Source of the DNA: the human T2T-CHM13v2.0 reference genome, Homo sapiens | Assembly (NCBI RefSeq): GCF_009914755.1 | Contig: NC_060932.1 | Strand: one strand, 5' to 3' | DNA length: 64,000 nt | Part shown: positions 28,871-43,670 of the stretch, one piece after another | How positions within the stretch are numbered: position 1 is the first letter of the stretch | Layout: each line of letters starts with the position of its first letter | Made by a program: the position numbers and the translations under genes | Notes under the pieces: model-generated | Told to the model about the DNA's origin: nothing | Seen by the model: the letters and a program-made list of their open reading frames with translations, nothing else | Databases searched by the model: none

Positions 28871-29390
28871 GTATTAGTCTGGGCTTTCCAGAGAAATAGA
28901 ACCAATAGGATATATAGACGTAGCTATAGGTAAATATAGATATAGTTATAATTATAGATAAAGGAATTGGCTCATATTATCATAGAGGCTGAAAGTCTAA
29001 GCTCTGCAGTTGGCAAGCAAGCTGGAGATGCAGGTGAGTTAATAGTATACTTCTAAGCTGAGACTGAAGGCCTGACAACCAGGGGAACTGATAGTGTAAC
29101 TTCCAGGCCACATCTGAGTCTGAAGACAGGAGAAAAATAAAGTCCCAACTCAAAGACAGGCAGTAGTAAGAATAATTTTTTTTTATTCAGCCTCTTATTT
29201 GATCCAGGCTTTCAATGGATTGCATGAGACCCACTCCACTGAGGAGGCAAATTTACTTTACTCAATCTACTAATTCAAATCCTGATCTCATTCAGAAACA
29301 CCCTTCAAGGCTCACCCAGGGATAATATTGAACTACATATCTGGGCATCTCATGGTGAAGTCAAATGGACACATAAAATTAACTGCCACA
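28871..29390 (-). mobile_element. MLT2B-like (ERVL) solo LTR
   Basis: TGTATTAGTC...CAGAGAAATAGAACCAATAGGATA...GGAATTGGCTCA...GACACATAAAATTAACTGCCACA. Confidence 0.85.
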
Positions 29391-29658
29391 ACATTCATGA
29401 TGGTGAAAACAGTAGGTGATTAGTGTAACATTTTAATATTCAAGTTATTATCAATATTATATTTATTCTTCTTTGATTGATATCAAGTTGGATCTGTGTA
29501 ACCAACATATCTTTCACTTTTTTCTATTTATTTCCTTTGCACCATTATCTGAATAACTCCTTTGGATTCTACCTGTTGGGATTACTGGTAATTTCTTCAT
29601 TTACTCTTAGCTTTAGATAGGGCTTTAGGACTCTACAGGTTGACAAAACAAAGTGCTG

Positions 29659-29742
29659 CCCAGGTCTCAATAAAAAGAGGCCTGGCCTATTAGCAATCTC
29701 CCAAGTCTCAATAAAAAGAGGCCTGAAAAAAAAGAGGCCTGA
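29659..29742 (+). repeat. Short local tandem duplication (about 41-bp period) with a partial third copy
   Basis: CCCA(G/A)GTCTCAATAAAAAGAGGCCTG occurs twice, followed by AAAAAGAGGCCTG. Confidence 0.8.
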
Positions 29743-29933
29743 ATCACAAGTCATCCAACAGTCTTTTGACAAATATGTACTACATACAACATTGGACATA
29801 AAAGAAGACTTCATCAGGTGTCCAGGATAATGGCAGAGGCTGACTCACATGTGCAGAGTACAAGCAGCTCATACTTCTATCTTAGTTGAGGGGCTTCTGT
29901 GTCTCTTTCCCCACAGACACTGCTGGAGTTCAG

Positions 29934-29968
<35 letters not shown>

Positions 29969-30039
29969 TCCCATTAGGATGACTACAAAAGACTTTTAAA
30001 ACCTTCTTATCTCTTTCAGGGATATCCCTACAATTACCA

Positions 30040-30365
30040 CGCTATGTCCAGGCCATTATTCCTAAAACACAAATCTGCTATTGACTGTTCAATACTGTCA
30101 ATATTAATAGTGTATGTGCACATGGATATGTATGCATATGGTCTATGAACAAGTATGAATAGTGAGATGGTTTGAATATTTTTTCCTTCCATGTTGAAAT
30201 TTAATTCCCAATATAGCAGTATTGAATATTAAAACCCTCCAACACAACCCATTCCCTAAAGACAAAGGCCAAATTCCTCAGCCTCGCAGTTAAGACCATT
30301 CAGCATATGGCCCATAGATTTCTTTTCTCCTTTAACTCTCAGGCATTCTAAGCAGCAGCCATTAT
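30040..30365. mobile_element. L2 fragment carrying a templated insert; continues at about 36500-36600
   Basis: CCTAAAACACAAATCTG...TTAAAACCCTCC...CAAATTCCTCAGCCT...AAGACC...TGGCCC, then TTCAAGGCCCAAACTAAATGTCACCTCTTCTGGGAA beyond the L1 and Alu. Confidence 0.65.
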
Positions 30366-30604
30366 CAATTTCTTTTTCTCTTTTTTCTTTTTTTTTTTTT
30401 ATTATACTTTAAGTTTTAGGCTACATGTGCACATTGTGCAGGTTAGTTACATATGTATACATGTGCCATGCTGGTGCGCTGCACCCACTAACACGTCATC
30501 TAGCATTAGGTATATCTCCCAATGCTATCCCTCCCCCTCCCCCCACCCCACCACAGTCCCCAGAGTGTGATATTCCCCTTCCTGTGTCCATGTGATCTCA
30601 TTGT

Positions 30605-34249
<3,645 letters not shown>

Positions 34250-34312
34250 TATGATGTTAGCTGGTGATTTTGCTCATTAGTTGATGCAGTTTCTTCCTAG
34301 TCTTGATGGTCT

Positions 34313-35329
34313 TTACATTTTGGCATGATTTTGCAGCGGCTGGTACCGGTTGTTCCTTTCCATGTTTAGCGCTTCCTTCAGGAGCTCTTTTAGGGCAGGC
34401 CTGGTGGTGACAAAATCTCTCAGCATTTGCTTGTCTGTAAAGGATTTTATTTCTCCTTCACTTATGAAGCTTAGTTTGGCTGGATATGAAATTCTGGGTT
34501 GAAAATTCTTTTCTTTAAGAATGTTGAATATTGGCCCCCACTCTCTTCTGGCTTGTAGGGTTTCTGCCGAGAGATCCGCTGTTAGTCTGATGGGCTTCCC
34601 TTTGAGGGTAACCCGACCTTTCTCTCTGGCTGCCCTTAACATTTTTTCCTTCATTTCAACTTTGGTGAATCTGACAATTATGTGTCTTGGAGTTGCTCTT
34701 CTCGAGGAGTATCTTTGTGGCGTTCTCTGTATTTCCTGAATCTGAACGTTGGCCTGCCTTGCTAGATTGGGGAAGTTCTCCTGGATAATATCCTGCAGAG
34801 TGTTTTCCAACTTGGTTCCATTCTCCGCATCACTTTCAGGTACACCAATCAGGCGTAGATTTGGTCTTTTCACATAGTCCCATATTTCTTGGAGGCTTTG
34901 CTCATTTCTTTTTATTCTTTTTTCTCTAAACTTCCCTTCTCGCTTCATTTCATTCATTTCATCTTCCATTGCTGATACCCTTTCTTCCAGTTGACCGCAT
35001 CGGCTCCTGAGGCTTCTGCATTCTTCACGTAGTTCTTGTACCTTGGCTTTCAGCTCCATCAGCTCCTTTAAGCACTTCTCTGTATTGGTTATTCTAGTTA
35101 TACATTCTTCTAAATTTTTTTCAAAGTTTTCAACTTCTTTGCCTTTGGTTTGAATGTCCTCCCATAGCTCAGAGTAGTTTGATCGTCTGAAGCCTTCTTC
35201 TCTCAGCTCGTCAAAATCATTCTCCATCCAGCTTTGTTCCATTGCTGGTGAGGAACTGCGTTCCTTTGGAGGAGGAGAGGCGCTCTGCATTTTAGAGTTT
35301 CCAGTTTTTCTGTTCTGTTTTTTCCCCAT
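34313..35329 (-). CDS. ORF1: L1 ORF1p, intact 338 aa
   Basis: MGKKQNRKTGNSK...REKG...ARR...YPAKLS...NHAKM, full length with no stops. Confidence 0.95.
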   Translation of the reverse strand: MGKKQNRKTGNSKMQSASPPPKERSSSPAMEQSWMENDFDELREEGFRRSNYSELWEDIQTKGKEVENFEKNLEECITRITNTEKCLKELMELKAKVQELREECRSLRSRCGQLEERVSAMEDEMNEMKREGKFREKRIKRNEQSLQEIWDYVKRPNLRLIGVPESDAENGTKLENTLQDIIQENFPNLARQANVQIQEIQRTPQRYSSRRATPRHIIVRFTKVEMKEKMLRAAREKGRVTLKGKPIRLTADLSAETLQARREWGPIFNILKEKNFQPRISYPAKLSFISEGEIKSFTDKQMLRDFVTTRPALKELLKEALNMERNNRYQPLQNHAKM

Positions 35330-35784
35330 CTTTGTGGTTTTATCTACTTTTGGTCTTTGATGATGGTGATGTACAGATGGGTTTTCGGTGTGGATGTCCT
35401 TTCTGTTTGTTAGTTTTCCTTCTAACAGACAGGACCCTCAGCTGCAGGTCTGTTGGAATACCCTGCAGTGTGAGGTGTCAGTGTGCCCCTGCTGGGGTGT
35501 GCCTCCCAGTTAGGCTGCTCGGGGGTCAGGGGTCAGGGACCCACTTGAGGAGGCAGTCTGCCCGTTCTCAGATCTCCAGCTGCGTGCTGGGAGAACCACT
35601 GCTCTCTTCAAAGCTGTCAGACAGGGACATTTAAGTCTGCAGAGGTTACTGCTGTCTTTTTGTTTGTCTGTGCCCTGCCCCCAGAGGTGGAGCCTACAGA
35701 GGCAGGCAGGCCTCCTTGAGCTGTGGTGGGCTCCACCCAGTTCGAGCTTCCTGGCTGCTTTGTTTATCTAAGCAAGCCTGGGCA

Positions 35785-36000
35785 ATGGCGGGCTCCCCTC
35801 CCCCAGCCTCGCTGCCGCCTTGCAGTTTGATCTCAGACTGCTGTGCTAGCAATCAGCAAGATTCCGTGGGCGTAGGACCCTCCGAGCCAGGTGTGGGATA
35901 TAGTCTCGTGGTGCGCCGTTTTTTAAGCCGGTCTGAAAAGCGCAATATTCAGGTGGGAGTGACCCGATTTTGCAGGTGTGTCCGTCACCCCTTTCTTTGA
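35785..36000 (+). CDS. ORF0: L1 ORF0 (antisense 5'-UTR ORF), intact 71 aa
   Basis: ATG at 35785 in GCAATGG context. MAGSPPPASLPPCSLISDCCASNQQDSVGVGPSEPG...RHPFL*, 216 nt. Expression not demonstrated. Confidence 0.8.
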   Translation: MAGSPPPASLPPCSLISDCCASNQQDSVGVGPSEPGVGYSLVVRRFLSRSEKRNIQVGVTRFCRCVRHPFL

Positions 36001-36187
36001 CTCGGAAAGGGAACTCCCTGACCCCTTGCGCTTCCCAGATGAGGCAATGCCTCGCCTTGCTTAGGCTCGCGCACGGTGCGCGCACCCAGTGGCCTGAGCC
36101 CACTGTCTGGCACTCCCTAGTGAGATGAACCCGGTACCTCAGATGGAAATGCAGAAATCACCCGTCTTCTGCGTCGCTCACGCTGGG

Positions 36188-36483
36188 CTTCTTTTTTCTT
36201 TTCTTTTTCTTTTTTTTTTTGAAACAGAGTTTTACTCTGTCACCCAGGATGGAGTAAGGTGGTGTGATCTCGGCTCACTGCAACCTCCACCTCCTGGGTT
36301 CAAGTGATTCTCCTGCCTCAGCCTCCTGAGTAGCTGGGATTACAGGCGTGTGCCACCATGCCTAGCTAATTTTCGTATTTTTAGTAGAGACACAGTTTCA
36401 TCATGTTGGCTAGGGTGATCTCAAACTCCTGACCTCAGGTGATCCACCCACCTCAGCCTCTCAAAGTGCTGGGATTACAGGCA
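36188..36483 (-). mobile_element. AluS (Sx-like); the L1PA2 appears to have inserted in its tail
   Basis: Minus-strand Alu whose T-rich tail abuts the L1 5' end. Similar TCTTTTTTCTTTT sequence lies on both sides of the L1. Confidence 0.88.
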
Positions 36484-36815
36484 ATGCCCACCTCTTTTCT
36501 GATGCTATTTTCTTTTCTATTCATTCCCTTCACCCACTTCAAGGCCCAAACTAAATGTCACCTCTTCTGGGAATCTCTTTGCATTTCTGTAACGACCTGA
36601 TAGAATTTCTTACATGCAAAATTAAAAAATAAACAACAATAATGTGGAACTTAGGTTCAGAGGAAGAAGACCTGTGCTGATTACTGGGTGCATGTGAGCC
36701 AGGGCCTGAAACCAAATCTAACTCTAGTATTCTTTCAGAACCAATTCTTTTCCATTTGGATTAGATCCAAGCCTACTCAGCTCAGTTCTTGAGTTTTCAT
36801 ACACTGGGCTATTTC

Positions 36816-37025
36816 CATGTATGTGTATATGTGCATGTATGTGTATATGTGCATGTATGCGTATGTGTGCATGTATGCGTATGTGTGTATGTGCGCATGG
36901 ATATGTATCTGTACACCTATATTAGCTATGTAAAATTTTGTATGTTCCAGTATGTGTACACTTCTGTGTATTCACTGTTAGATGTACCTACGTATGGGCA
37001 CAAATGTATATGAGTGTGCACATGC
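36816..37025. repeat. TG/TA-rich compound repeat with an 18-bp unit (CATGTATG[T/C]GTAT[A/G]TGTG)
   Basis: Direct inspection: about 4 units at 36816-36890, then degenerate. Confidence 0.8.
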
Positions 37026-37052
37026 CTATGGTTTATGAACAAGTATGAATAG

Positions 37053-37460
37053 TGAGATGGCTTGAATATTTGTTCCCTCCCATGTTGAAATTTAATTCCC
37101 AATATAACAGTATTGAAAGGCAAGGCCTTTAAGAGGTGATTGGATCATGAGAGATCTGCCCTCATGAATAAATTATTCCATTCGTGGGTTAATGGATCAT
37201 GTGAAAGGAGCTGATGGCTTTATTAGAACAGAAATGGATCTGAACTAGCACATTAGCACACCCAGCTCCTTTGCCATGTGATACCCTGCCCTGCCTGGGG
37301 ACTCTACAGAGAGTCCTCACCAGCAAGAAGGCCCTCACCAAAGGCAGCCCCTTAACCATGGACTCCTTAGCCTCCATAGCAGTAAGAAATAATTTCTGTT
37401 TCTTTATAAATTACCAGATTCAGGTATTCTGTTATAAACAACAGAAAATGGGCTAAGATA
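37053..37460 (+). mobile_element. MST (MSTC-like) MaLR solo LTR
   Basis: TGAGATGGCTTGAATATTTG...CATGTTGAAATTTAATTCCC...CAGCAAGAAGGCCCTCACCA...CAACAGAAAATGGGCTAAGATA. Confidence 0.85.
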
Positions 37461-38599
37461 GTTATATAACAATATATATGAATATGTATGTTGATATGTG
37501 CAGAGGCATGTTTATACATATATGTATGTGTTCATTCTCTAACTCCTGTATATTTAGCTACATTCTATGGGTACGCATGTGAGATGCAGCCAATTTGTCA
37601 CTTACATTTTCTGCGTGGCCTCCCTTCTGGCTTATAGGTATCAAGAAAGAGCCACAGATATTTAAGTGGCTTTGGTTTCCCTTGACTATCCTGTGGTCCT
37701 CCATTTGATGCAAATTTAAATGAACTGAAATGGAGCATGAGATCAGGGCAGGATCACTGCTGATTTCATCTTTACTCCCAGCTGGGCCACAAATGGAGTC
37801 TGGTAATTCATCCCCAACTGCTTCCCAGGTCGGGACTCAGGGCCCCTTTCCATTACCCGTTGTTGATGACCTTGTCTTTGCTTTCTGGGCCCCAGCCTTG
37901 TTTCCTGACAATGGTTTCAGCAACAATCATTTGGTGAGTGCAATCTTTGGGGTCTCCTGCTGGAATAGTCACACCAAGTTGAAAGAAGCACATTTCTCTA
38001 CCTTCTCTCCCTCAGAGGTTTTCTTTATTTCCTTCTAATGGATTCTTCTAAGTGACAAGTTTCCAGCTGTTGTCATGATTTGTCTGGTAATGTGGTTTGA
38101 GGCTCTTGAGGAACCTTTGAGCTTAAAGGCCACATTATCCTGGGGTGCAGACATACCCGTACGAACCTTAAACTCCATGGTCAACCCCTGCATTGATAAC
38201 ACTCTCAAGATGCACGGCTATTTGAGGTTCCCTAAGGATTTGGCAAAAACACATTCAAACAACAATGTCATCTTTGAGTCTTTTTATTGTCTTTTGCTTG
38301 CAAATTAGGGGCTTAGACATTTTTAGTGAGCCTGCCAGAGAGATGTGAATCAAAGAGTTAAACAACTCTCCAGTTAGCCTTTTAATTTCTCACGCTCCAG
38401 ACTCCTGTCGGTTGTTCTTTTCTCTTCAACCAAAAAGGTTAGGGTTTGCTACCGCTATGACCCTATTGAATGACCTACAGCTAATTTATCAAACATGCCA
38501 TGTTCTGGTGTTTGTCACCTATGAGAATCATTAACGAAGCAAGTTTTCAGGGTCTATTACTGGTATAATTTCTGGTTCTTCACATGCTGTAATCAGAGT

Positions 38600-39605
38600 G
38601 CTTTTAAAATGCAAATCTGATCATGTCACTGTCTGCTTAAAACTATCCAATGGTTTCCCACTGCTCCTAGAATAAAAAACAAAATTCTTTTTTTTAAATC
38701 GTGTCTTTTATTTTCAGACATTCTGATTGTTCGTTTTTTTTGTTTTTTTTTTTTTAATACTTTAAGTTCTGGGATACATGTGCAGAATGTGCAGGTTTGT
38801 TACATAAGTATACACGTGCCATGGTGGTTTGCTGCACCCATCAACCCAACATCTACATTAGGTATTTCTCCTAATGCTATCCCTTCCCTAGTCCCCCACC
38901 CCCCAACAGGCCCTGGTGTGTGATGTTCCCCTCCCTGTACCCATGTCTTCTCATTGTTCAACTCCCACTTATGAGTGAGAACATGCGGTGTTTGGTTTTC
39001 TGTTCTTGTCTTAGTTTGCTGAGAATGATGGTTTCCAGCTTCATCCATGTCCCTGTAAAGGACATGAACTCATCTTTTTTTTTTAATGGCAATTCTTAAC
39101 ATGGCTTAAAAGACCTTGCATTTTGCCTTCCACCATCTTTCCAGGCTTCTCTCCTGCAGCACTCCTTGAGTTTCTTGCATTGAACACACTGGCTGTCTTT
39201 CAGTTTCCCTAACTCACTGCTTTCCGTGAGTGCTCCTTTAGCTCATATTGTTTCCTCTCTCTGGTAGTCTCTTTCTTTCCCTTCCCTTCAGTAGCCACTA
39301 ACGTTCAGACCACAGTCCTGATGGCACTTCCTCCTGCACTGCTCACACCAGGCTAATCCCTTAGTCAGACTCTTTCAAAGCACCCTTCAGAGACCCATCT
39401 ATTTGTCACCTTACGGGTCCTTCACTGGACTCTTCACAGTCAACAAGTCTGCATCTATTTGTGTGATTCTTCACTTAATGTCTGTTTTCAACTATACATG
39501 GGATAAGAACTATGTTAAGTCTGGCTCAGTGCTCTACTCTCAGTACCAAATATTGGCAGTTAGTTCATACTAGGTGCTCAAAAAAGACCCACTAAATGAA
39601 TAAAG
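38600..39605. mobile_element. L2 interrupted by the L1PA7-like insertion
   Basis: TTTTAAAATGCAAATCTGATCATGTCACT...CTTAAAACT...CAATGGTTTCCCACTGCT...|AATTCTTAACATGGC...TAGGTGCTCAA...TGAATAAA. Confidence 0.75.
38690..39090 (-). mobile_element. 5'-truncated L1 (L1PA7-like) with a short 3' transduction
   Basis: L1 3' UTR at 38756-39090, two T tracts, TSD AATTCTT at 38683-38689 and 39091-39097. Confidence 0.88.
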
Positions 39606-40769
39606 GCATATGTACATTGGGGCTTTACCTTTTAATTACAGCAAAGCCTGACCCTTGATGTGCCTGTTGTCCCTGTCACATCTTGCTGTGTCCAGTTTTA
39701 CTGCCACACACCAAAATAACTTCCTTCTAAAGATATATTTATGGTGCTTTGTAGAGCTGTTTTGCTGATGAGGGAGAAAAATGTAATCCTCAGTATTCAA
39801 GCTGCCTTTGTGAGATAAGAGAACAATGCTTGTGAATCTTCTGCAAAGTTTGGCAATTTTCAATTTAAATATTTACCAGGAGTTCAATTATCATATTTGC
39901 CATAAATACATAACGCAAGAAAGATGGTAATAACCATTATAATAGACCTCAACAGTGTTATGAGAACCAAATAGGAGATTAATTTCTATTGGGGCAATCT
40001 GGGAAGGGCTTATGTGAAAGTTTTGAACTGGGCCTTGAAGTTTAGGTAGGTTGCAAAGCCAGTGTCCACCCTGTTCCTTTGGCCAATTCTGGCTAACTCT
40101 AACCACCTTTGCAGGTCAGCCTAAAGGTCACTTCCTCTTGCACATCTTCTCTGATGCAATCCCCCAACATACTCCCAATGTCCTTTTCCTATTATCACAT
40201 CTTTTAATTGCCTGCCTTGCTATACACTCTAAGCCCCATAGTAAAAGGAACTCCTCTACTCAGCATTACATCTTCATGGTTTAGCACAGTACCTGACACA
40301 AGGAATTCAATCAATCAATAATGAATGAATGAATGATAGAAAAGTGGGGAGCAAAAGAGGAAATACCTAAACTGCTCTAAAATCAAGTCTCAAAAATTAA
40401 AAAAAATTGGAAACAGCAATGACGGTGTGGAGAAACACCAAAAGACATAAAAGAAAGGAAAATCAGGTGGGTACACCAAGTGTACATAGAGGCGACATTT
40501 GAATGGTTAAGTGTATCTTATACACAGGAGACATCATCAAAGAGAAGTTTCAAAGCCACTGGAGCCAGATTTTCAAGGGCCTTGAATCATAGTGCGTACT
40601 TTTTCCTTTCTGTCAGCAAGAGGAACCATAAGTTTCTTAATCAGGGGGATGGTAGCATTAGATTTGTGCTTTATGAAAGTCACTTCAGTTGCCAGGTAGT
40701 GGAAAGATCACAGGATGGGAGGAGAATAAAGGTGTGTAGAACTTTTAAGAAGCTACTAGAATTATCTAG

Positions 40770-40994
40770 TTCACAGTTTTTCAGCCTCTATGCTATTAAC
40801 ACTTTGGGCTGGATAATTATTTATTTGTGGGTTGTGGGTAGCTATTTTTTTACACTGTAGGATGCTTAGCAGCACCCCTGGCCTCTACTCACTTGATGCC
40901 TATAGTATTTGTCCCTAAGGTGGACACCAAAATTGTGTCAGACATTGCCAAATATCCCCCGAGGGACAAAATTACCCTCCATTGAGAATCACTG
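40770..40994. mobile_element. MER20 (hAT-Charlie)
   Basis: TTTGGGCTGGATAATT...TGTAGGATGCTTAGCAGCACCCCTGGCCTCTACTCACT...CAGACATTGCCAAAT...TTGAGAATCACTG. Confidence 0.88.
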
Positions 40995-41299
40995 ATCCAG
41001 GCAATGAGTAATAAACTATAATCAAATAAGATGGTTATTAGGATGAGAGAATGAGTCAGATACCAAGGACACTGAATGAAAGTGAATTCCCACCGAAAGC
41101 AACCATTTGTCCTTGTGCAACAACAACAGGTGCACTGCCTGTGGGGGCAGGGCTCCTCAGAAGAAGGATAGACTCCTCTTACAATGACTTTTTTTCTCCT
41201 AAAACCATATGGATAGACAAGTTCTAGATATTTCCATCTATTACGTTGGATTTGGTAATCAAGAAGCCATACTTCTTTGACAGTGGAATTCTGATTCTT

Positions 41300-41640
41300 T
41301 TTGGCAGGGAGTGAACTCCTCCTGTTCCCAGTCCGTGGCCTTTGAGTGAGCTCCCATCCCTGGCTCCTAGGACGGGACAGCTAACACAGAGCTCCGAGTC
41401 AAGCAGACACAGTGGGTGCCATCCTGACACCTCAAGGGAACAGCACATCTGGGAAAAGTGTCTAATAGAGAAGAGGAGTCAAGAGAAGAAGGGGGAGAAT
41501 CACAGCCCTGAGGACACCATCTATGTTCTGGAATTCTACCATGCTTAAAGGTAGGCCACCCGTGGACTCTTTAATTTAATGAGTCAAAAATTTGCATTTT
41601 GCTTAAGCCAGTTGGTTTGGATTATCTGAATAACTAAGGG
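41300..41640 (+). mobile_element. Old MLT1-type LTR fragment
   Basis: 3' end TTTTGCTTAAGCCAGTTGGTTTGG resembles MLT1J/K; otherwise degenerate. Confidence 0.4.
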
Positions 41641-41924
41641 TGGGTCACATTGTCCAAAGAAACTAGCAGTCTTCTGTAAATATCCAAGTAGCAGCATTAT
41701 AGAATGTAGAAGGATCACTGGATGTAGAATCAGGCCTCAGAGCTGAATCTAAGCCCAGTCATACATTCTTGTATTTGTGTAATTATTAACTCACTGAATT
41801 TTTATTGAGTGTGTATTGTGTACTGGGCAATGAACTAGACTCTGGGGCCATCATGAGGCTGGTCTTCCCTGCAGAGAACTTACATTCTAGTGTTTAACTG
41901 ATGAGTGTCAACCCTGATTGCATA

Positions 41925-42170
41925 TTACAGTCACTTCTGGTAGTTTTTAAACATTCCGATGCTGGGGCTCCATGCCAGACAAGTTAAATAAGAATTTCTT
42001 GGGGTGAGACAGACATCAGTATTTATTGGAGTAATTCTAATGAAATGCTGGGGTCCTCTTTTCATTTTGCAGAGGAGGAAGCTAAGGCACAGAGAAGTTA
42101 ATGTGCTCAAGACTATACCACTGGTGAGAGGCAAAGCAAAGATTTAAACCCACCTTGAGTTCAGAGTCTT
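41925..42170. mobile_element. MER5-type fragment followed by MIR
   Basis: TTTTAAACATTCCGATGCTGGGGCTCCA...AAGAATTTCTTGGGGTGAG; then CATTTTGCAGAGGAGGAAGCTAAGGCACAGAGAAGTTAA. Confidence 0.6.
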
Positions 42171-42253
42171 CCCTCTTCTTAATAACTAAACTGCACCATA
42201 ATTTGAAAGACACAGTAAGAAACACCATGGTATATTTAGTCCAATGTAATTTT

Positions 42254-42335
42254 ATATGTGTGTATGTATATATATATATAATATATATGGTATATATTAT
42301 ATATATATGGTATTATATATATATAATATATATAT
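42254..42335. repeat. (TA)n-rich microsatellite
   Basis: Direct inspection. Confidence 0.85.
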
Positions 42336-42422
42336 GGTAAGTTTGTTTTCAGAATTCTCACCTTTTCCTTTTCCTTTTCTTGTTCCCATCCTCACCAATT
42401 TCAAACTCACACACATGTCTTC

Positions 42423-42785
42423 TGACATAGTTTGGCCGTGCCCCTGACCAAATCTCACCTTGAATTGTAATAATTCCCATGTTTCAAGGGCAGGACCAAG
42501 GGCAGGAACGTGGGGGCGATTTTCCCCATGCTGTTCTCGTGATAATGAGTGAGTCTCGCGATATCTGAGGGTTTTATAAGCATCTGGCATTTCCCCTGCT
42601 TGCACTTACTCCATTCTGCCGCCCTGTGAAGAGGGTGCCTGCTTTTCCTTTGCCTTCTGCCATGATTGTAAGTTTCCTGAGGCCTTCCCAGCGATGTGGA
42701 ACTGTGAGTCAATTAAACCTCTTTCCTATAGAAATTACGCAGTCTCAGGCAGTTCTTTATAGCAGCGTGAGAATGGACTAATACA
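42423..42785 (+). mobile_element. THE1D-like solo LTR
   Basis: TGACATAGTTTGG...CAAATCTCACCTTGAATTGTAATAAT...GAGAATGGACTAATACA. Near-TSD TCTTC/CCTTC. Confidence 0.9.
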
Positions 42786-42929
42786 CCTTCCCTATGCATA
42801 GATCTAACAAGTTCTCATCTCTGTCCTATTGAAAATATTCTTTCCAAAAATTATCTGCGACCCCTTATGTACAACTCAGAGTCATTTGTGCGTCCTTATC
42901 CAGTCAGAGTTACACTTGGACTTGGTGGT

Positions 42930-43670
42930 AGTGTGGTACAGCAGAAAGAGTTCTAGCTACAGAATTAGATGAAGATCTACAATCTCAACATTGTCACTCT
43001 AACTTAACTAACTCTGTAGTTTCTGGCAAATTACATAACACCTCTGAGCCCTGTATTCTTATATCTGAAGTGGGAATAATAACACCTCTTTTGCTATGTA
43101 GTTGTAAAGATTAAATTGAAATATACTTATTAACTTTTAGCATAGTGCCTCAAACATAGGAGACATTCAACTAATAGCAACTATCTCTATTAAGATTTCT
43201 CTAGATTTATATTTTCACATAGTGGAGGTTGTAAAAAATATGTAATAATAATTAAAACACCCAATATTTTCAATCACTTACTTTGTGCCTGACATTGGTA
43301 TCATTATTTTACATGTATTTTCTCAGCTATTCCTAAAAAAACTTCATAATATTGGTACTACCATTTTCCACATTTTATAGATAAGAAAATAAAAGCAGAG
43401 CAATACCGCATGGCTCGCACAAGAAAGTATTGAAGACTTAAGTAATTCTAGCTCAAATCTTAGAAGTTTCCTTTTGGGGAACAAATATTTGCATTGTTAT
43501 TACCATGTGCCAGGAATTTGCAGTGACTAATGTTTGCCTACATTGTCTCATTTAATTTTTACAATAAACCCACTTTACAAATACTGTGACAAAGGTTCAG
43601 AGAGACTATGTTGTTTGTATGAATGTAGTTAGAACACTTTTCTGTCTGATTCAAAGCTTATATGATTTCC
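42930..43670. mobile_element. Cluster of MIR fragments in both orientations
   Basis: GGCAAATTACATAACACCTCTGAGCC...TCTGAAGTGGGAATAATAAC; CATTTTATAGATAAGAAAAT; AGGTTCAGAGAG. Confidence 0.65.

Noticed and set aside
29936-29965. Isolated 30-nt poly(T) run as a possible processed pseudogene tail
   Set aside because: No clear TSD and no recognisable body next to it.
37730-38308. 102-aa and 77-aa plus-strand ORFs in unique DNA
   Set aside because: No homology that I recognise and no coding-like composition.
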